Below are positions 38,461 to 51,470 of a stretch of 64,000 nucleotides of DNA, one piece after another. Made by a program: the position numbers and the translations under genes. Under the pieces are notes generated by a model. That model searched no databases, was not told the origin of the DNA, and was given only the letters and a program-made list of their open reading frames with translations. The stretch covers positions 30,008,001 to 30,072,000 of the forward strand of contig NC_135901.1 of the NCBI RefSeq assembly GCF_964194155.1, read 5' to 3'. How positions within the stretch are numbered: the first letter of the stretch is position 1; every line of letters starts with the position of its first letter. This DNA is from Cetorhinus maximus. Lineage: Eukaryota.

Positions 38461-38524
38461 GATCAATGGGAATCCGAAACTAGTGGCTCTGAACCAACAT
38501 TTCAGCATTTGTCTGTCAAATACA

Positions 38525-39680
38525 CGTGTGCGGTTTTGGTCTCCTTATCTGAGGAAGGATGTACTTGCTATAGAGGGAGTGCAGAGAAGGTTTACCCGAC
38601 TGATTCCTGGGATGGCGGGACTGACATATGAGGAGTGATTGAGTCGATTAGGATTATATTCGCTGGAGTTCAGAAGAATCTCCTCTGCTCCCTCTCTAAG
38701 AACTTCACATCTTTCCTAAAGTGTGGGGCCCAGATATAGGGTTCCATTCTAGTGGGATAGAATTGAAAAGCAGGGAGGTTATGTTCAACTTGTTTTGAAC
38801 CATGGTTGGAATACACTGGGAGTACTGTCAACATTTGTGATCTCCATTTAGAAAAAGGAAATAGAGGCATTGGGGACGGTGCCACTCAGATTCACAACAA
38901 CTGAGAGTATTTAACCCTCAGAAAAGGTTGAACAGGTTGGGGAACCTTTCTCGAGAAAAGAGAAAACTGAAGAGTGACCTGATGGAAGTTTGAATTTTAT
39001 GGAGTAACATAGGACTTAGGAGCAGGAGTAGGCCATTCAGCTCCTCGAGCCTGCTCCATCATTCAGTAAGATCCTGGCTGATCAGATTGTGGTCTCAGCT
39101 CCACTTTCTTGTCTGCCCCCCATCCCCCGCCCGACCCCCTTTAACCCTTGGCTCCCTTGTCTATTAAAAGTATGTCTAACTCAGCCTTGAATAAATGTAA
39201 AGACTCAGCCTCCACTACTTTCTGGGGAACAGAATTCCACTCCAATGACCCTCTGAGAGGAAAGAAATTCTCCTCATCTCGGTCTTAAAAGGAAATAGAG
39301 GCATTATTCTCTTATTCTTAAACTCCGTCCCCTGGTTCTAGTCTCTCCCACAAGAGGAAACATACTCCCGGGATCTACCCTATCCAATTCCTTCAATCTT
39401 ATATGTCTCATTCTTCTAAACCCCAATGGGTACGCCTCACCTGTTCAACCTTTACTATTTCTTATCTCTACACAAGCTGACTCGACATCCCGATCTTTCA
39501 AGCGAAGGCCGTCACCCAGTGTTGAACTGAGGCCATCCTTAATTAACAGAGCTACCCCACCACCTTTTCCCAGCTTCCTGTTATTCCAAGATGTCAAATA
39601 TCCCTCAACATTTAGGTCCCAGCCCTGGTCACCTTTTAACCCAGTCTCTGTAATGCCTAACAGGACATACATATTTCATG
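38525..39680. mobile_element. Cluster of CR1 fragments in both orientations
   Basis: FWSPYLRKDVLAIEGVQRRFTRLIPG (plus), duplicated composite 38675-38990, CR1 3' end 39005-39440 (minus), APE fragment 39445-39680 (minus). Confidence 0.75.
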
Positions 39681-40215
39681 CATTTTCAATGCATTTTCAG
39701 GGGTTCAATAATCCAATAATAATTACCCAGCGAGTGGTGAGAATGTGGAACTTGCTACCACAGCGAGTGGTTGAGGTGAAGAGCATGAATACATTTAAGA
39801 GGAAGCTAGATATATACATGAGGGAGAAAGCAATAGAAGGATATGTTGATGGGGGGGGAGATGAAGAGGGGTGGGTGGAGCCTCATGTGGAGCATAAATA
39901 CTGACATAGACCAATTGAGCTGACTGGCCTGGCCCTGTTCTGTAGACTCAATGCAACTGAGACAAATGTATTTATTTTTGATCTACCTGTAGTGGTAGGA
40001 AAAATACTTTTTACTATCCAGGATAAAATAAATCTAATTCATTAGCTTTTGTGGATAATTTCAGTGGAAATGTGCACTCCCAGGCTCAAAGAGCATCAGC
40101 CCACTGGAAGCAAAGTCATGAGACCAGCCAGTCCAGCAGAAAGAAACACTCCCACCCTCCCACTTCGCCAAGTGTCGTGATTAACAGCAGCAATAGCAGA
40201 ATCCAACTCCTGTAA

Positions 40216-41223
40216 TCACTTGTGAACTCGCTGGTGTGTCTGCAGGTTGGATAACTGAATGAATCCCCTCCCACACACAGGGCAAGTTAATGGCCTCTCC
40301 CCAGTGTGAACTTGCTGGTGTGTCAGCAGGTTGGATAACTGAGTGAATCCCTTCCCACACACAGGGCAAGTGAATGGCCTCTCCCCAGTGTGAACTCGCT
40401 TGTGTGTCTGCAGGTTGGATGAATCACTGAATTCCTTCCCACGCACAGAGCAGGCGAATGGCCTCTCCCCATTGTGAATCCGCTTGTGCTTCTGCAGAGT
40501 GTATGAATGACTGAATTCCTTTCCACACACAGAGCAGGTGAATGGCCTCTCCCCAGTGTGACCTCGCTGGTGGATCTGCAGTTTGGAGGATGTTCCTAAT
40601 GTCTTCCCACAGTGAGAGCAGCTGAACGATCTCTCCTTAGTGTGAATGCGCTGGTGGACCATCAGGTCATGAGACCTTTTGAAGGCACTCCCACAGTCAG
40701 AGCATTTAAAAGGTCTCTCACTGGTGTGCGTGACATGGTGTTGCAGCAGGCTGGATGACTGAGTGAATCCCTTCCCACACTCAGAGCAGGTGAACGGCCT
40801 CTCTCCGTTATGAACTCGCTGGTGTGTGAGCAGATGGGCTGACCAAGTGAATCCCTGCCCACAATCGGAGCAGGTGAACAGCTTCTTCCTGGAGTGAACA
40901 CGCAGGTGCCTCTGCAGCGCGTATGCATCACTGAGACCCTTCCCACACACTGAGCAACTGAATGGTCTCTCCCTGTGAATACGCTGGTGTGTCTTCAGGG
41001 TGGATGAATCACTGAATCTCTTCCCACACTCAGAGCAGGTGAAAGGTCTCTCTCCAGTGTGAACTCGCTGGTGTGACAGCAGATGGGATGACTGACTGAA
41101 TCCCTTCCCACAACCAGAGCAGGTGAATGGCCCCTCCCCGGTGTGACTTCGTCGATAGGTTTCCAGTGCAGATGGGAACCGGAATCCCTTCCCACAGTCC
41201 CCACATTTCCACGCTTTATCCAT
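40216..41223 (-). CDS. Tandem C2H2 zinc-finger protein (Z9), 335 aa, 12 finger units (2 degenerate), no effector domain
   Basis: Uninterrupted ORF from cacaccATGG; CxxC-x12-HxxxH repeats with TGERP linkers; ends HQRVHK*; promoter P4 upstream and family 3' UTR downstream. Confidence 0.85.
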   Translation of the reverse strand: MDKAWKCGDCGKGFRFPSALETYRRSHTGEGPFTCSGCGKGFSQSSHLLSHQRVHTGERPFTCSECGKRFSDSSTLKTHQRIHRERPFSCSVCGKGLSDAYALQRHLRVHSRKKLFTCSDCGQGFTWSAHLLTHQRVHNGERPFTCSECGKGFTQSSSLLQHHVTHTSERPFKCSDCGSAFKRSHDLMVHQRIHTKERSFSCSHCGKTLGTSSKLQIHQRGHTGERPFTCSVCGKEFSHSYTLQKHKRIHNGERPFACSVRGKEFSDSSNLQTHKRVHTGERPFTCPVCGKGFTQLSNLLTHQQVHTGERPLTCPVCGRGFIQLSNLQTHQRVHK

Positions 41224-41664
41224 GGTGTGCGTGACCTTGTGATTCTCCAGGCCTGATGGTCAGTTGAAGCCTTGTCCTCATACAGAACATGTGTATAATG
41301 TCCCTCCTCACAATGAATGATGTGATGTTTTCTCAGGCTGTGTAACTGGTCAAAGCTCTTTCCGCAGTCAGTGCACTGGAACACTCTCACTCGGGTGTGT
41401 GGGTCTTGGGCCTTTTCCAGGCCCCCCGACGTTTAGAACCTTCTGAAATAGACAGCACACAGAAACATTTATCCTTCTAGATTCAAAGGCTGATGATATT
41501 CAGCTCCAAGGATGTCAATGTCTTTAGGAGTGAGAGAGAGAGACCTGGTCCAACCTTTCCAGAATCTGCTCCCTCCCTGGATTCACTTCCTTTCCCTTCG
41601 GTTCCTGCAAGTCAACATTTTGCCCCCAGAATGAGAAAAGAAATGGAAAGGAGGAAACATTGAT

Positions 41665-42117
41665 TTCCTCACAGATGTTGCCCAGAGGAAGAAGTTTCAG
41701 TCTGAAGCTCATTGTCCAACTTCCGCATTGTGACGTCCAGAATGGAACCCTGCCTGAATCAGCCAAAAGGAATCACTCCGCTCCGCGGTGACGTCCTCGG
41801 GTTCCAGTCTGCAGGCCAGGCGCGCGGACACGGGAGCCCCGCCCCCATCCATTGTTCCCCCTCCACCACCTCCTCGAGCCAAGGTTTCCAAGCAACCGGC
41901 TGACGGCTCCGGTCAGAGCGAGAAGCCGCTCGGAGATCTCGGGAGAGGGGAAGCTGCGCATGTGCAGAGGAGAGCCCTTCCCTTCATGCTGAGGGGATGA
42001 TCAATGGGAAGAGTTGGAGGACCGGAAGGACTCTGGTCCTCCAGCCAATCAGGGCGGTCGATTTGTGTGCATGAAGCTTGAATTTCACACAAACTTCCCC
42101 CTGTGTCCAACATCTGT
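41665..42117. promoter_or_regulatory. Bidirectional promoter P4 (X arm left, Y arm right)
   Basis: Inverted equivalent of P3; two TGACGTC, CCCCGCCCC, TGCGCATGTGC, CCGGAAG, CCAAT; donor GTGAGT at ~42116. Confidence 0.75.
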
Positions 42118-43569
42118 GAGTAAAACACTTTCTTTTCTCCCCCTTTCCAGTTCTTTCCTCATTCTGGGGGCAAATTGTTGACTTGCAGGAACTGAAGGGA
42201 AAGGAAGTGAATCCAGGGAGGGTGCAGACTCTGGAAAGGTTGGCCCAGGTCTCTCTCTCTCTCTTAAAGACATTGACATCCTTTGCTCCCTCAGCTTGAC
42301 ACATTTATTTGTCTGGCTAACAGGATGGTCTCTTTCCTAATGTTCACAATAAAAGGGGTGGTTTCCCCAGGAGATCGTTGACATTTAAGGGCACAGTAAA
42401 TAAATATAGAACAGGGATATGTCCAGTGTTGTTATATGGTACATATTAGATATATTATTGATGACTCAGTAATAGAGCCCATGTATTATTATATCTACCT
42501 TTTTAATACAGTACTGTGTATATTTCCTAATCATTTCCAGCAGCAGGTCACCACCACCTCTCAAGGGCATTTAGGGATGGGCAATAAGTGCTGGCTTCAC
42601 CAGTGACACCCACTTTCTATGAATGAATTAAAAAAATTATTGCAGCACAGAATGAGTCTATTTGGTAGCTCGAGTCCATGCTGACTCTCTGCAGAACAAT
42701 CCAGCCAGTCCCTTTCTCCCTCTGTATCCCCATTCCACTGTAAGTTTATTTCCTTCAAGTGACCATTGAATTCAATTTTCAAATGCTTGATCATCTCTGC
42801 TTCCACCACCCTCATAAACAGCAAGTTCCAGGTCATGACCACTCACTGCCTAGAAAAGTCTTGGTCACATCCACCCTGTATCTCTAATTGGGTTATACAA
42901 TACTGTACATTAAATGCATTAACTATATATATCCGACCGAGCCACATGAAGATTTTTAGCTCCCTGTGTTGAGGACAGGACCTGGTGAGCATGGATCTGT
43001 TGGTCAGCATGAATCGGCACCTTCAGGAGATTTGCGAGGGTGTACATTAGACATAGCAGAGTGAGAAAGGAGGGAGAGTGTGTGGGACAGAGATTTACAG
43101 CTTTTCGGGAACAAGAGGAAAGAATGTTCCATAGAAACTAGAATCGTCTGTTCTGAATTTCTATCCTGTACTGACTGTGATGACTTTTATAAACTCCTTT
43201 TATAGGATATTTGAAGGGGGGGGATTTTGAGACAGAAATCTCAAACCAAACAACACATCAAAATCTGCGAGTTACTTGATTCACTGGGACCGGATGTCAT
43301 TGGCCTTTGAATCTAGGATTTGAAATGTTTGCTTGTTCTCTCTGGTTGAAAAGATTTTAAACAACAGTGTGACTGGAAAAGTACCAACACACACACACAC
43401 CCGAGTGCGAGTGTTTCCAGTGCACTGACTGTGTAAGAGCTTTAACCAGTTGCACAGGCTGAAAAAATATCACTATTCACAGCGGAGAGAGAGACTGTAC
43501 ACGTGTTCTGTGCGTGGTCAAGGCTTCAACTGATTGTCCCACTTGGAGAGACACAAGGACACCTGCACC

Positions 43570-44568
43570 ATGGAGAAACCGTGGAAATGTGGGGACTGTG
43601 GGAAGGGATTCAGATCCTCCTCTGTGCTGGAAACCCATCGACGCAGTCACACCGTGGAGAGGCCATTCACTTGCTCCAAGTGTGGGAAGGGATTCACTCA
43701 GTCATCCCATCTGGAGACACACCAGCAAGTTCACACCGGGGAGAGACCGTTCACCTGCTCTGAGTGTGGGAAGGGATTCAGATCCCCATCTAAGCTGGAG
43801 ATCCATCGATGCAGTCATACTGGGGAGAAGCCATTCACCTGCACTGAGTGCGGGAAGCGATTCAGTCATTCATCCAACATATTGACATACCAGCGAATTC
43901 ACACTGGGGAGAGGCCGTTCACCTGCTCTGACTGTGGGAAGGCATTCAGTTATTCATCCGGCCTGCAGAAGCACCAGCGAGTTCACACCGGGGAGAGGCC
44001 GTTCATCTGCTCTGAGTGTGGGAAGGGATTCACTCGGTCAGCCCACCTGCTGGCACACCAGCGAGTTCACACCGGGGAGAGACCACTCACCTGCTCTCGG
44101 TGTGGGAAGCGATTCAGGAATTCATCCAACTTATTGACACACCAGCGGGTACACACCGGGGTGAGACCGTTTACCTGCTCTGACTGTGGGAAGGGATTCA
44201 GTGATGGATCTGCCCTGCGGACGCACCAGCGAGTTCACACCAAGGAGAGGCCATTCACCTGCTCCGTGTGTGGGCAGCGATTCACTCAGTCATCCAGCCT
44301 GCTGATACACCATGTCACTCACACCAATGAGAGACCTTTTAAATGCTCTGACTGTGGGAGTGGCTTCAAAAGTGCTGCTGTTCTGAGGATCCACCAGCGC
44401 ATTCACACTGAGGAGAGACCGTTCAGCTGCTCCCAATGTGCAAAGAGTTTTAGAACGTTGTCTGATCTACAGAGACATCAGCGAGTTCGCACCGGGGAGA
44501 AGCCATTCGCCTGCACCAAGTGTGGGAAGAGTTACGCTGATTCATCCAACCTGTGGAATCACCGGTGA
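43570..44568 (+). CDS. Tandem C2H2 zinc-finger protein (Z10), about 332 aa; premature TGA in finger 12, finger remnants continue to ~44720
   Basis: tgcaccATGG [14 protein letters not shown]; 11 finger units before NHR*VHT, a probable CGA>TGA change. Confidence 0.75.
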   Translation: MEKPWKCGDCGKGFRSSSVLETHRRSHTVERPFTCSKCGKGFTQSSHLETHQQVHTGERPFTCSECGKGFRSPSKLEIHRCSHTGEKPFTCTECGKRFSHSSNILTYQRIHTGERPFTCSDCGKAFSYSSGLQKHQRVHTGERPFICSECGKGFTRSAHLLAHQRVHTGERPLTCSRCGKRFRNSSNLLTHQRVHTGVRPFTCSDCGKGFSDGSALRTHQRVHTKERPFTCSVCGQRFTQSSSLLIHHVTHTNERPFKCSDCGSGFKSAAVLRIHQRIHTEERPFSCSQCAKSFRTLSDLQRHQRVRTGEKPFACTKCGKSYADSSNLWNHR

Positions 44569-44799
<231 letters not shown>

Positions 44800-45493
44800 T
44801 AGGTTCTTAGGGCAGAGAATGGGGCCATTCGGTCCATTGAGTTCATGTTGGCTCTCTGTAGAGCAACCCAGTCAGTCCCATTGCCCCGTTCTATCCCCAT
44901 ATCCCTGTCGGTTTATGTCCCTCAAGCGCCCATCCAAATTCCATTGGTAAACATTCCATCATCTCTGCTTCTACCACCCTCATAGGAAGCGGGTTCCAGG
45001 TCTTCATCACTCATTTTCCATGCACAAGCGTGCCATAGAGCACAGAAGGAGGCCATTCAGCCCATTATGCTCATGCCAACCTGCCAAAGAGCTGTCCAGT
45101 TAATCCCATTGCCCTGCCATTTTCTTTTCCTTTCAAGAATCTGTCCATTTCCCTTTTGAGGGATAGAGTCTAATCTGCTTCTTGCACCGTTTTCAAACAG
45201 TGAATTCCAAATCACAGCAGCTCATTGTGTTTTAAAACAAATTGTTCAGGATATGGTGTGTTTACATTGTCACAGAGTATTCGAAATGGTGTCAGACATT
45301 GTTATTACTCAAAATTAAGACTCAATCTTGAACAATGATTTTGATGAGAGGACCAATTGTAATATATCCAAATTTGTGGACAAATTTAAAAAATGCATTT
45401 CTAAAGCACCTCTCACGAGCACAGGACTTACTAAAGTGTTTAACAGCCAGTCAAGTACTTGTGAAGTGTTGTCACTGTTGTAATGTAGGAAAT

Positions 45494-47311
45494 TGTAGGT
45501 AGGCCTGGGTAATCGAATTTAGTTTTAAACATCAATCACTTTCACACTGTATTCACTGTTCTGGGTAACAAGGTCAAGGAAGCCATTTTAAACTCTAATG
45601 TGGCTGGATCTGTATTTTAAAAATTAACACTGGATAAATGTAAATCATTCTTGAAACTGCAGAGCTAACAGAAATTGTTTATGCAAAGAAATTCTTCTCT
45701 AATTTTGATAAGCTAAAAGACATCATATTCTGCCAATGTCCAGCTCAAGGATAAGGCTCATTGTTCAAGCCAATCTAGATTAGTGTTAGCTGTTAGTATT
45801 AGCTGTTGTCCTCCATAGATTGTCTTTTTGAACCAGTGCATCTTGTATTCACTAAGTGTATTAATTAAAGATTACTGTATTAATTAACTAGCAGTTTGTA
45901 AATAGATGATTGCATAAGTAGTGAGCCTTCGTTGATTTACAATTAATGAATCAGTAATGATTCAGTAGTTATAGTGAAAGACTGAGTTTTATTTGCTGTA
46001 AAAATGTAAAACCTTAATTGCTGTGTATGTAAAGAATGTGCAGTGATGATAAATGTACTGGCAACAGAGACCTTCAAGCTCTGATTAGCATCAACATTTC
46101 AAACTGTATGAATAAGGGATGGTATAGAATCAGATAAAGGGAGAGTATGAAACAATTCTATTGCATTCCTGTGTAAGATAATGAGGGAAGGTGGTGTAAG
46201 TAATAAAAACATAAGAAATAGGAGCAGGAGTAGGCCATTCAGCCCCTCTAGCCTGCCTCGCCATTCAATAAGATCATGGTTGATCTGCCCCAGGCCTCAA
46301 TTCCTCTTTCATGCCAGCTCCTCATAGCCCTCAACTCCCTGATATTTCAAAAATCTATCAACCTCCTCTTTAAATACTGTCAGTGATCTAGCCTCCACAA
46401 CTCTCTGGGGTAGAGAATTCCAGACGTTCACTGCCCTCTGAGAGAAGAAATTCCTTCACATTTCAGTTTTCAATATTCTGTCACTATGTCCCCCTAGTTC
46501 AAGATTCCCCCACTAGTGGAAACATCTTCTCAACATTTAACCTGTCAAGCCTCCTCAGAATCTTGTACGTTTCAATAAGATCACCCTCATTCTTCTAAAC
46601 TCTAATGAATAAAGGCCTAACCTGTTTAAGGTTGATAAGTCAATCCCTTCATTCCAGGAATCAACCTGGGGAATCTCTTTTGAACTGCCTCCAATGCCAG
46701 TATATCCTTTCCTAAATACGAGGACCAAAACTGTACACAGTACTCCAGGTGGGGCCTCACCCACACCCTGTACAGTTGTAACAAGACTTTCCTCTTTTTA
46801 AACTCCAACCCCCAGCAATACAGACCAAAATTCCATTTGCCTCCTTAATTACTTGCTGCATTGGGGATCCAATTAAATTACTCTAGTAACCAAACTGACC
46901 AATTGTCATGTTACAATAGGCCCAACTCTGATGTGAGGTAATGGTCACTTTGGGGATAAAAGTAGAGGTTCTGAAGGTCTCCCTTGCTAGCCAAATACGG
47001 AAGACTCCTGAGGCCGAGTTCCAAGGAAATTACTGTCAGAGAAGGAGCCAGATTCCCGAGGGTGAATTCCACAAGAATTACTGTCAAAGAAGGAGCCAGA
47101 GAGGGTTACGCTTTGACAGACTGATCACCCGCATGAAGTTGTAAAAGTCAATGTCTTAAAGTTGTTCAGTAAACATTTTTCCTTTAATAAACTTCTTTTA
47201 AAATTTACTACTCAGAGAATTCTGCCTTTGCCTCAATTGGTTAAAGTCTTGTCCGAACCAAAGTGAATTTATTAAATGGCAAATTGGGGGTGGCTGAAAT
47301 CAATTAAGTTA
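45494..47311. mobile_element. Possible solo LTR or other AT-rich repeat, with a nested CR1
   Basis: TG...CA ends, AATAAA near 47186, internal ~48-bp tandem duplication at ~47003-47100; no clear TSD seen. Confidence 0.3.
46208..46860 (-). mobile_element. CR1 LINE 3' fragment
   Basis: VRPHLEYCVQFWSSYLGKDILALEAVQKRF; tail TTCTTATGTT. Confidence 0.9.
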
Positions 47312-47959
47312 CAAACAACAAGATCAGGCAACATCAATCTTAAATTTAAAAACGTGTATTTACATAGCTCTTTCACAACCAAAATATGTCCCAAAGCGCT
47401 TTGCAACCAATGAAGTACTTTTGAAGGGCAGTCACTGTTGTGATGTAGGAAACATGGCACCCAATTTACACACAACAAGATCCCACAAACAGCAATATGA
47501 TACTGACCAGATGATCTGTTTTTAGGGATGTTGATTGACAAATTTTTGGCCAGGACACCAGGGATAACTCCCTGGAGCATTAGCCTGTGTCTCTGGAATA
47601 CTAGTCCAGCGACATTACCACTGTGCCATTGCCTCCCCTGTTAATGCTCTTTTGGAGAGCCGGTATAGACATGGTGCACCAAATGACCTCCTCCTGCGTC
47701 GAAACAATTCTTTGATTCTGATTTTGTCACTGATAAATTCAATAGGGAATTCAGGAGGAAACATTCTTTGCTGTTAGAGTGATGAGAATATGGAACTCAC
47801 TACCACAGGGAGTGATTGAGGCAAATAAGATAGGTCCATTGAAGAGGGACTAGATGAACACCTTGGGGAGAAAAGTATAGAAGGTTCTGGTTGCAGGGGT
47901 CAGTGAAGTAGAATTGGAAGAAGCTCATGCAGAGCATAAACACCGACATAGACCAACTG

Positions 47960-48520
47960 AGCTACTGTCAGAATGAATATGGTTCGTGATTCGATGACCA
48001 AGTGAATCCTTTCCCTCACTCGGAGCAAGTGAACGGACACTCCCCTGGGTGACTGCGCTGTTCTGTCAGCAGGTGGGCTAACTGAATGAATCCCTTTCCA
48101 CACAGCGAGCACATGAACGGCCCCTCCTCAGTGTGAAGTCACTGATGGGTCAATTAGCTGATAGAATCTGTAAACCACTTTCCACACAGCACGCAGGTGA
48201 ATAGCTTCTCCCCAGTGTGAATGCATTGATGAGCAACCTGCTCAGGTGGGGATCTGAATCTCTTCGCACAGTCCTTACATTTCTATGGCTTTTCTATAAC
48301 ATGTGTCTACTTGAGTCCATCCAGATTGGATGATCAGTTTAAACCTTAACAATACACAGATGTTTGAAATCTTTTCCCACAGACAGAAGAAAGGAATATT
48401 TCTCTTTCTAGATTCAAGACCAATGATATTCAGAATCTGATGAATCGAGTGACTGTCAGGTTTTGATGTGTTATCTAATTTGAGTTTCCTGTCTCTAAAT
48501 CCTTCTTCTCTAAAACTCTG
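47960..48520 (-). pseudogene. Heavily decayed ZNF pseudogene (Z11, partner of a Z arm)
   Basis: Eroded IEKPxKCKDCAKRFRSPP..HTGEKLFTC repeats with stops and indels. Confidence 0.8.
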
Positions 48521-49069
48521 CGAAGGGAGTTGACAAAAATAATCACTCTGACTGCAGGGCTCACCAAGGCTCACAATTCACCAAGGCTTCTTCACAAGGA
48601 TCTTCCAACTCACAACCACTACCATGTAGAAGGACAAGGGCAGTAAATAGATGGGTACACCACCACCTGGAAGTTCCCCTCCCAGTCACTCATCATCCTG
48701 ACTTGGAAATATTTTGCCATTCCTTCACTGTTTCTGGATCAAACTCCCTTCCTAACAGCACTGTGGTGTACCTACAACACATGGACTGCGGCGGCTCAAG
48801 AAGACAACTCACCACCACCTTCTCAATGGCAAATAGGGATGGGCAATAAATGCTGGCCCAGCCAACGATGCCCACATCCCGTTAATGAATAAAAAAAAGA
48901 TAGAAATTCAGAACTGACAATTCTGGTTCTCAAGGAAAATTCTTCTCCCTTTCAAACTATAAATTTCTGTCCCCCACACACTCCCTCCTCCCTATTGATT
49001 GTAACACTAATTCATCCGACTATCCTCCTCCTGCTTTTCCCCCAGTTCTCCTCCACTGAAGGTGCTGAC

Positions 49070-49571
49070 TCTGGGGATCAGTTTCACATTCACCTATTGC
49101 CCTCCCCGATATGTCACCCAGGCATCTAAATCTTTACACCTGAAGTTAACAAACTGTTTTTCTAAGGGGACGTCACAATCAAATCCAGTGACTACCCACA
49201 TGTACTTTCTGTCAGGGCAAGGGTCACTGCGCCACCCACCTCCACTTTCCATCCCAGTTCCAGGGGTTTGGAGTCCGGGCTCCGGATGAGTAATGGCGGC
49301 CGCAGCTCCCACAATCCCCAGCGTTGGGGAAACCGCTCTATCTGCCGCGCGGGCGGGCGGCCCGAGACTGCGCATGTCCAAGGGAGAGAGGAAGTTGCGC
49401 ACTATGGGAGAGAGCCCACCCCCGCCCTTCCCGTCATTCTGAGCGATTGACGAATAGGAAGAGTTGGAGGACCGGAAGGACTCTGGTCCTCCAGCTAATC
49501 AGAGCCCGGGCTTTGTGTGAATGAAAATTGAGCTTCGCACAGACTAAAATTTCGTCCTGTGTCCAACATCT
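49070..49571. promoter_or_regulatory. Bidirectional promoter P5 (Z arm left, Y arm right)
   Basis: YY1-like AATGGCGGC, ZNF143-like CTCCCACAATCCCCAGCG, GGGCGGGCGG, TGCGCATGT, CCGGAAG hairpin; donor GTGAGT at 49572. Confidence 0.75.
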
Positions 49572-50074
49572 GTGAGTAAAACACTTTCTTTTCTCCCCCT
49601 TTCCATCTCTTTTCTCATTCTGGGGGAAATTGTTGACTTGCAGGAACTGAAGGGAAAGGAAGTGAATCCAGGGAGGGTGCCGATTCTGGAAAGGTTGGCC
49701 CAGGTCTCTCTCTGTCTCTCTTTCTCAAAGACATTGACATCCTTTGCTCCCTCAGCTTGACACATTTATTTGTCTGGCTAAAGGGATGGTCTCTTTCCTA
49801 ATGTTCACAATTAAAGGGGTGGTTTCCCCAGGAGATGGCTGATATTTAAGGGGACAATAAATTAATATAGGACAGAGATATGCCCAGTATTGTTATGTGG
49901 TGCATATTAGATATATTATTTATGGTTCTGTGATAAAATACATTTCTTATTATTTCTCGTCTGGTAACATAGTATTGTAACTATGTTTTATGTTTCCAGT
50001 TCTGGGATCATTATGGCGCAGATGGAGTCTATTTGGAAACTTGAGTCCATGCCGACTCTCTGTTGAGTAATCCA

Positions 50075-51470
50075 GTCAGTCTGGTGAAACTTCTCTGAAC
50101 TGCTTCCAATGCAAGTACATTCCTCCTGAAAATAGGAGCCCAGAACTGTACACAGTACTCGAGGTGTGGTCTCACCAATACCCTATACAGCTGCAGTAAG
50201 AATTCCCTACTTTTATACTCCATCCCCCTTGCAATAAAGGCTTACATTCCAATTGCCTTCCTCATTACTTGCTGCACCTGCAGACTGATCTTTTCTGATT
50301 CATGTGCAAGGACACCCAGATACCTCTGTACAGCAGCGTTCTGCAGTTTCTCTCTATTTAAATAATATTCTGCTTTTCTATTCTTCCTGCCAAAGTGGAC
50401 AACCTCACATTGTCACACATTAATATAAAAGCAAAAAACTGCGGATGCTGGAAATCGAAAACAAAAACAAAAATACCTGGAAAAACTCAGCAGTTCTGGC
50501 AGCATCTGTGGAAGGGAGCACAGTTAACATTTTGAGTCCGCATGACTCTTCAACAGAACTAAGGAAAAATAGTAAAGGGGTGAAATATAAGTTGGTTTAA
50601 GGGGGGTGGGGTTGGGACAAGAGAGCCTGATAGAGGGCCAGTGATAGGTGGAGACAACCAAAAGATGTCACAGACAAAAGGACAAAGAGGTGTTGAAGGT
50701 GGTGATATTATCTGAAGGAATGTGCTAATTAAGGGTAGAAAGCAGGACAAGCAAGGTACAGATTGCCCTAGTGGGGGTGGGGTGGGGTGAAGGAATTGAA
50801 AAAGGCTAAAAGGTAGAGATAAAACAATGGATGGAAATACATTTAAAAATAATGGAAATAGGTGGGAAAAGAAAAATCTATATAAATTATTGGAAAAAAC
50901 AAAAAGGAGGGGGAAAAATCAGAAAGGGGGTGGGGATGGAGGAGAGAGTTCATAATCTAAAATTGTTGAACTCAATATTCAGTCCGAAAGGCTGTAAAGT
51001 GCCGAGTCGGAAGATGAGATGCTATTCCTCCAGTTTGCGTTGAGCTTCACTGGAACAATGCAGCAAGCCAAGGACGGACATGTGGGCATGAGAGCAGGGT
51101 GGAGTGTTGAAATGGCAAGCGACAGGGAGGTCTGGGTAATGCTTGCGGACAGAACGAAGGTGTTCTGAAAAGCAGTCACCCAGTCTGCGTTTGGTCTCTC
51201 CAATGCAGAGGAAACCGCATTGGGAGCAACAAATGCAGTAGACTAAGTTGAGGGAGGTACAGGTGAAATGCTATAATGTCATACATTATACTCCATCTGC
51301 AAATATTTTGCCCCCTCACTATCCCTTGTGGACTCTTTGTAAAGTCCTCACAACTTGCTTCCCTAGTTATTGTTGTATTTTCGGCAAATTTGTCTACAAT
51401 ACAGTCAGTTCCTTCATCCAAGTCATTAATATGGATTGTAAATAGTTGGAGCCCCAGTACTGATCCCTGC
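50075..51470 (-). mobile_element. Intronic CR1 fragment with a nested Penelope-like element
   Basis: LVRPHLEYCVQFWAP and DKFAENTT motifs on either side of the insertion. Confidence 0.85.
50423..51276 (-). mobile_element. 5'-truncated Penelope-like element (GIY-YIG end and 3' UTR)
   Basis: Close match to 15435-16265; near-perfect 12-bp TSD tgtca(c/t)acatta at 50411-50422 and 51277-51288. Confidence 0.85.

Noticed and set aside
41510-42280. Inverted repeats around P3 and P4 as DNA-transposon TIRs
   Set aside because: They are paralogous exon1/intron/exon2 modules with splice signals; no TSD or transposase, and the same module occurs singly elsewhere
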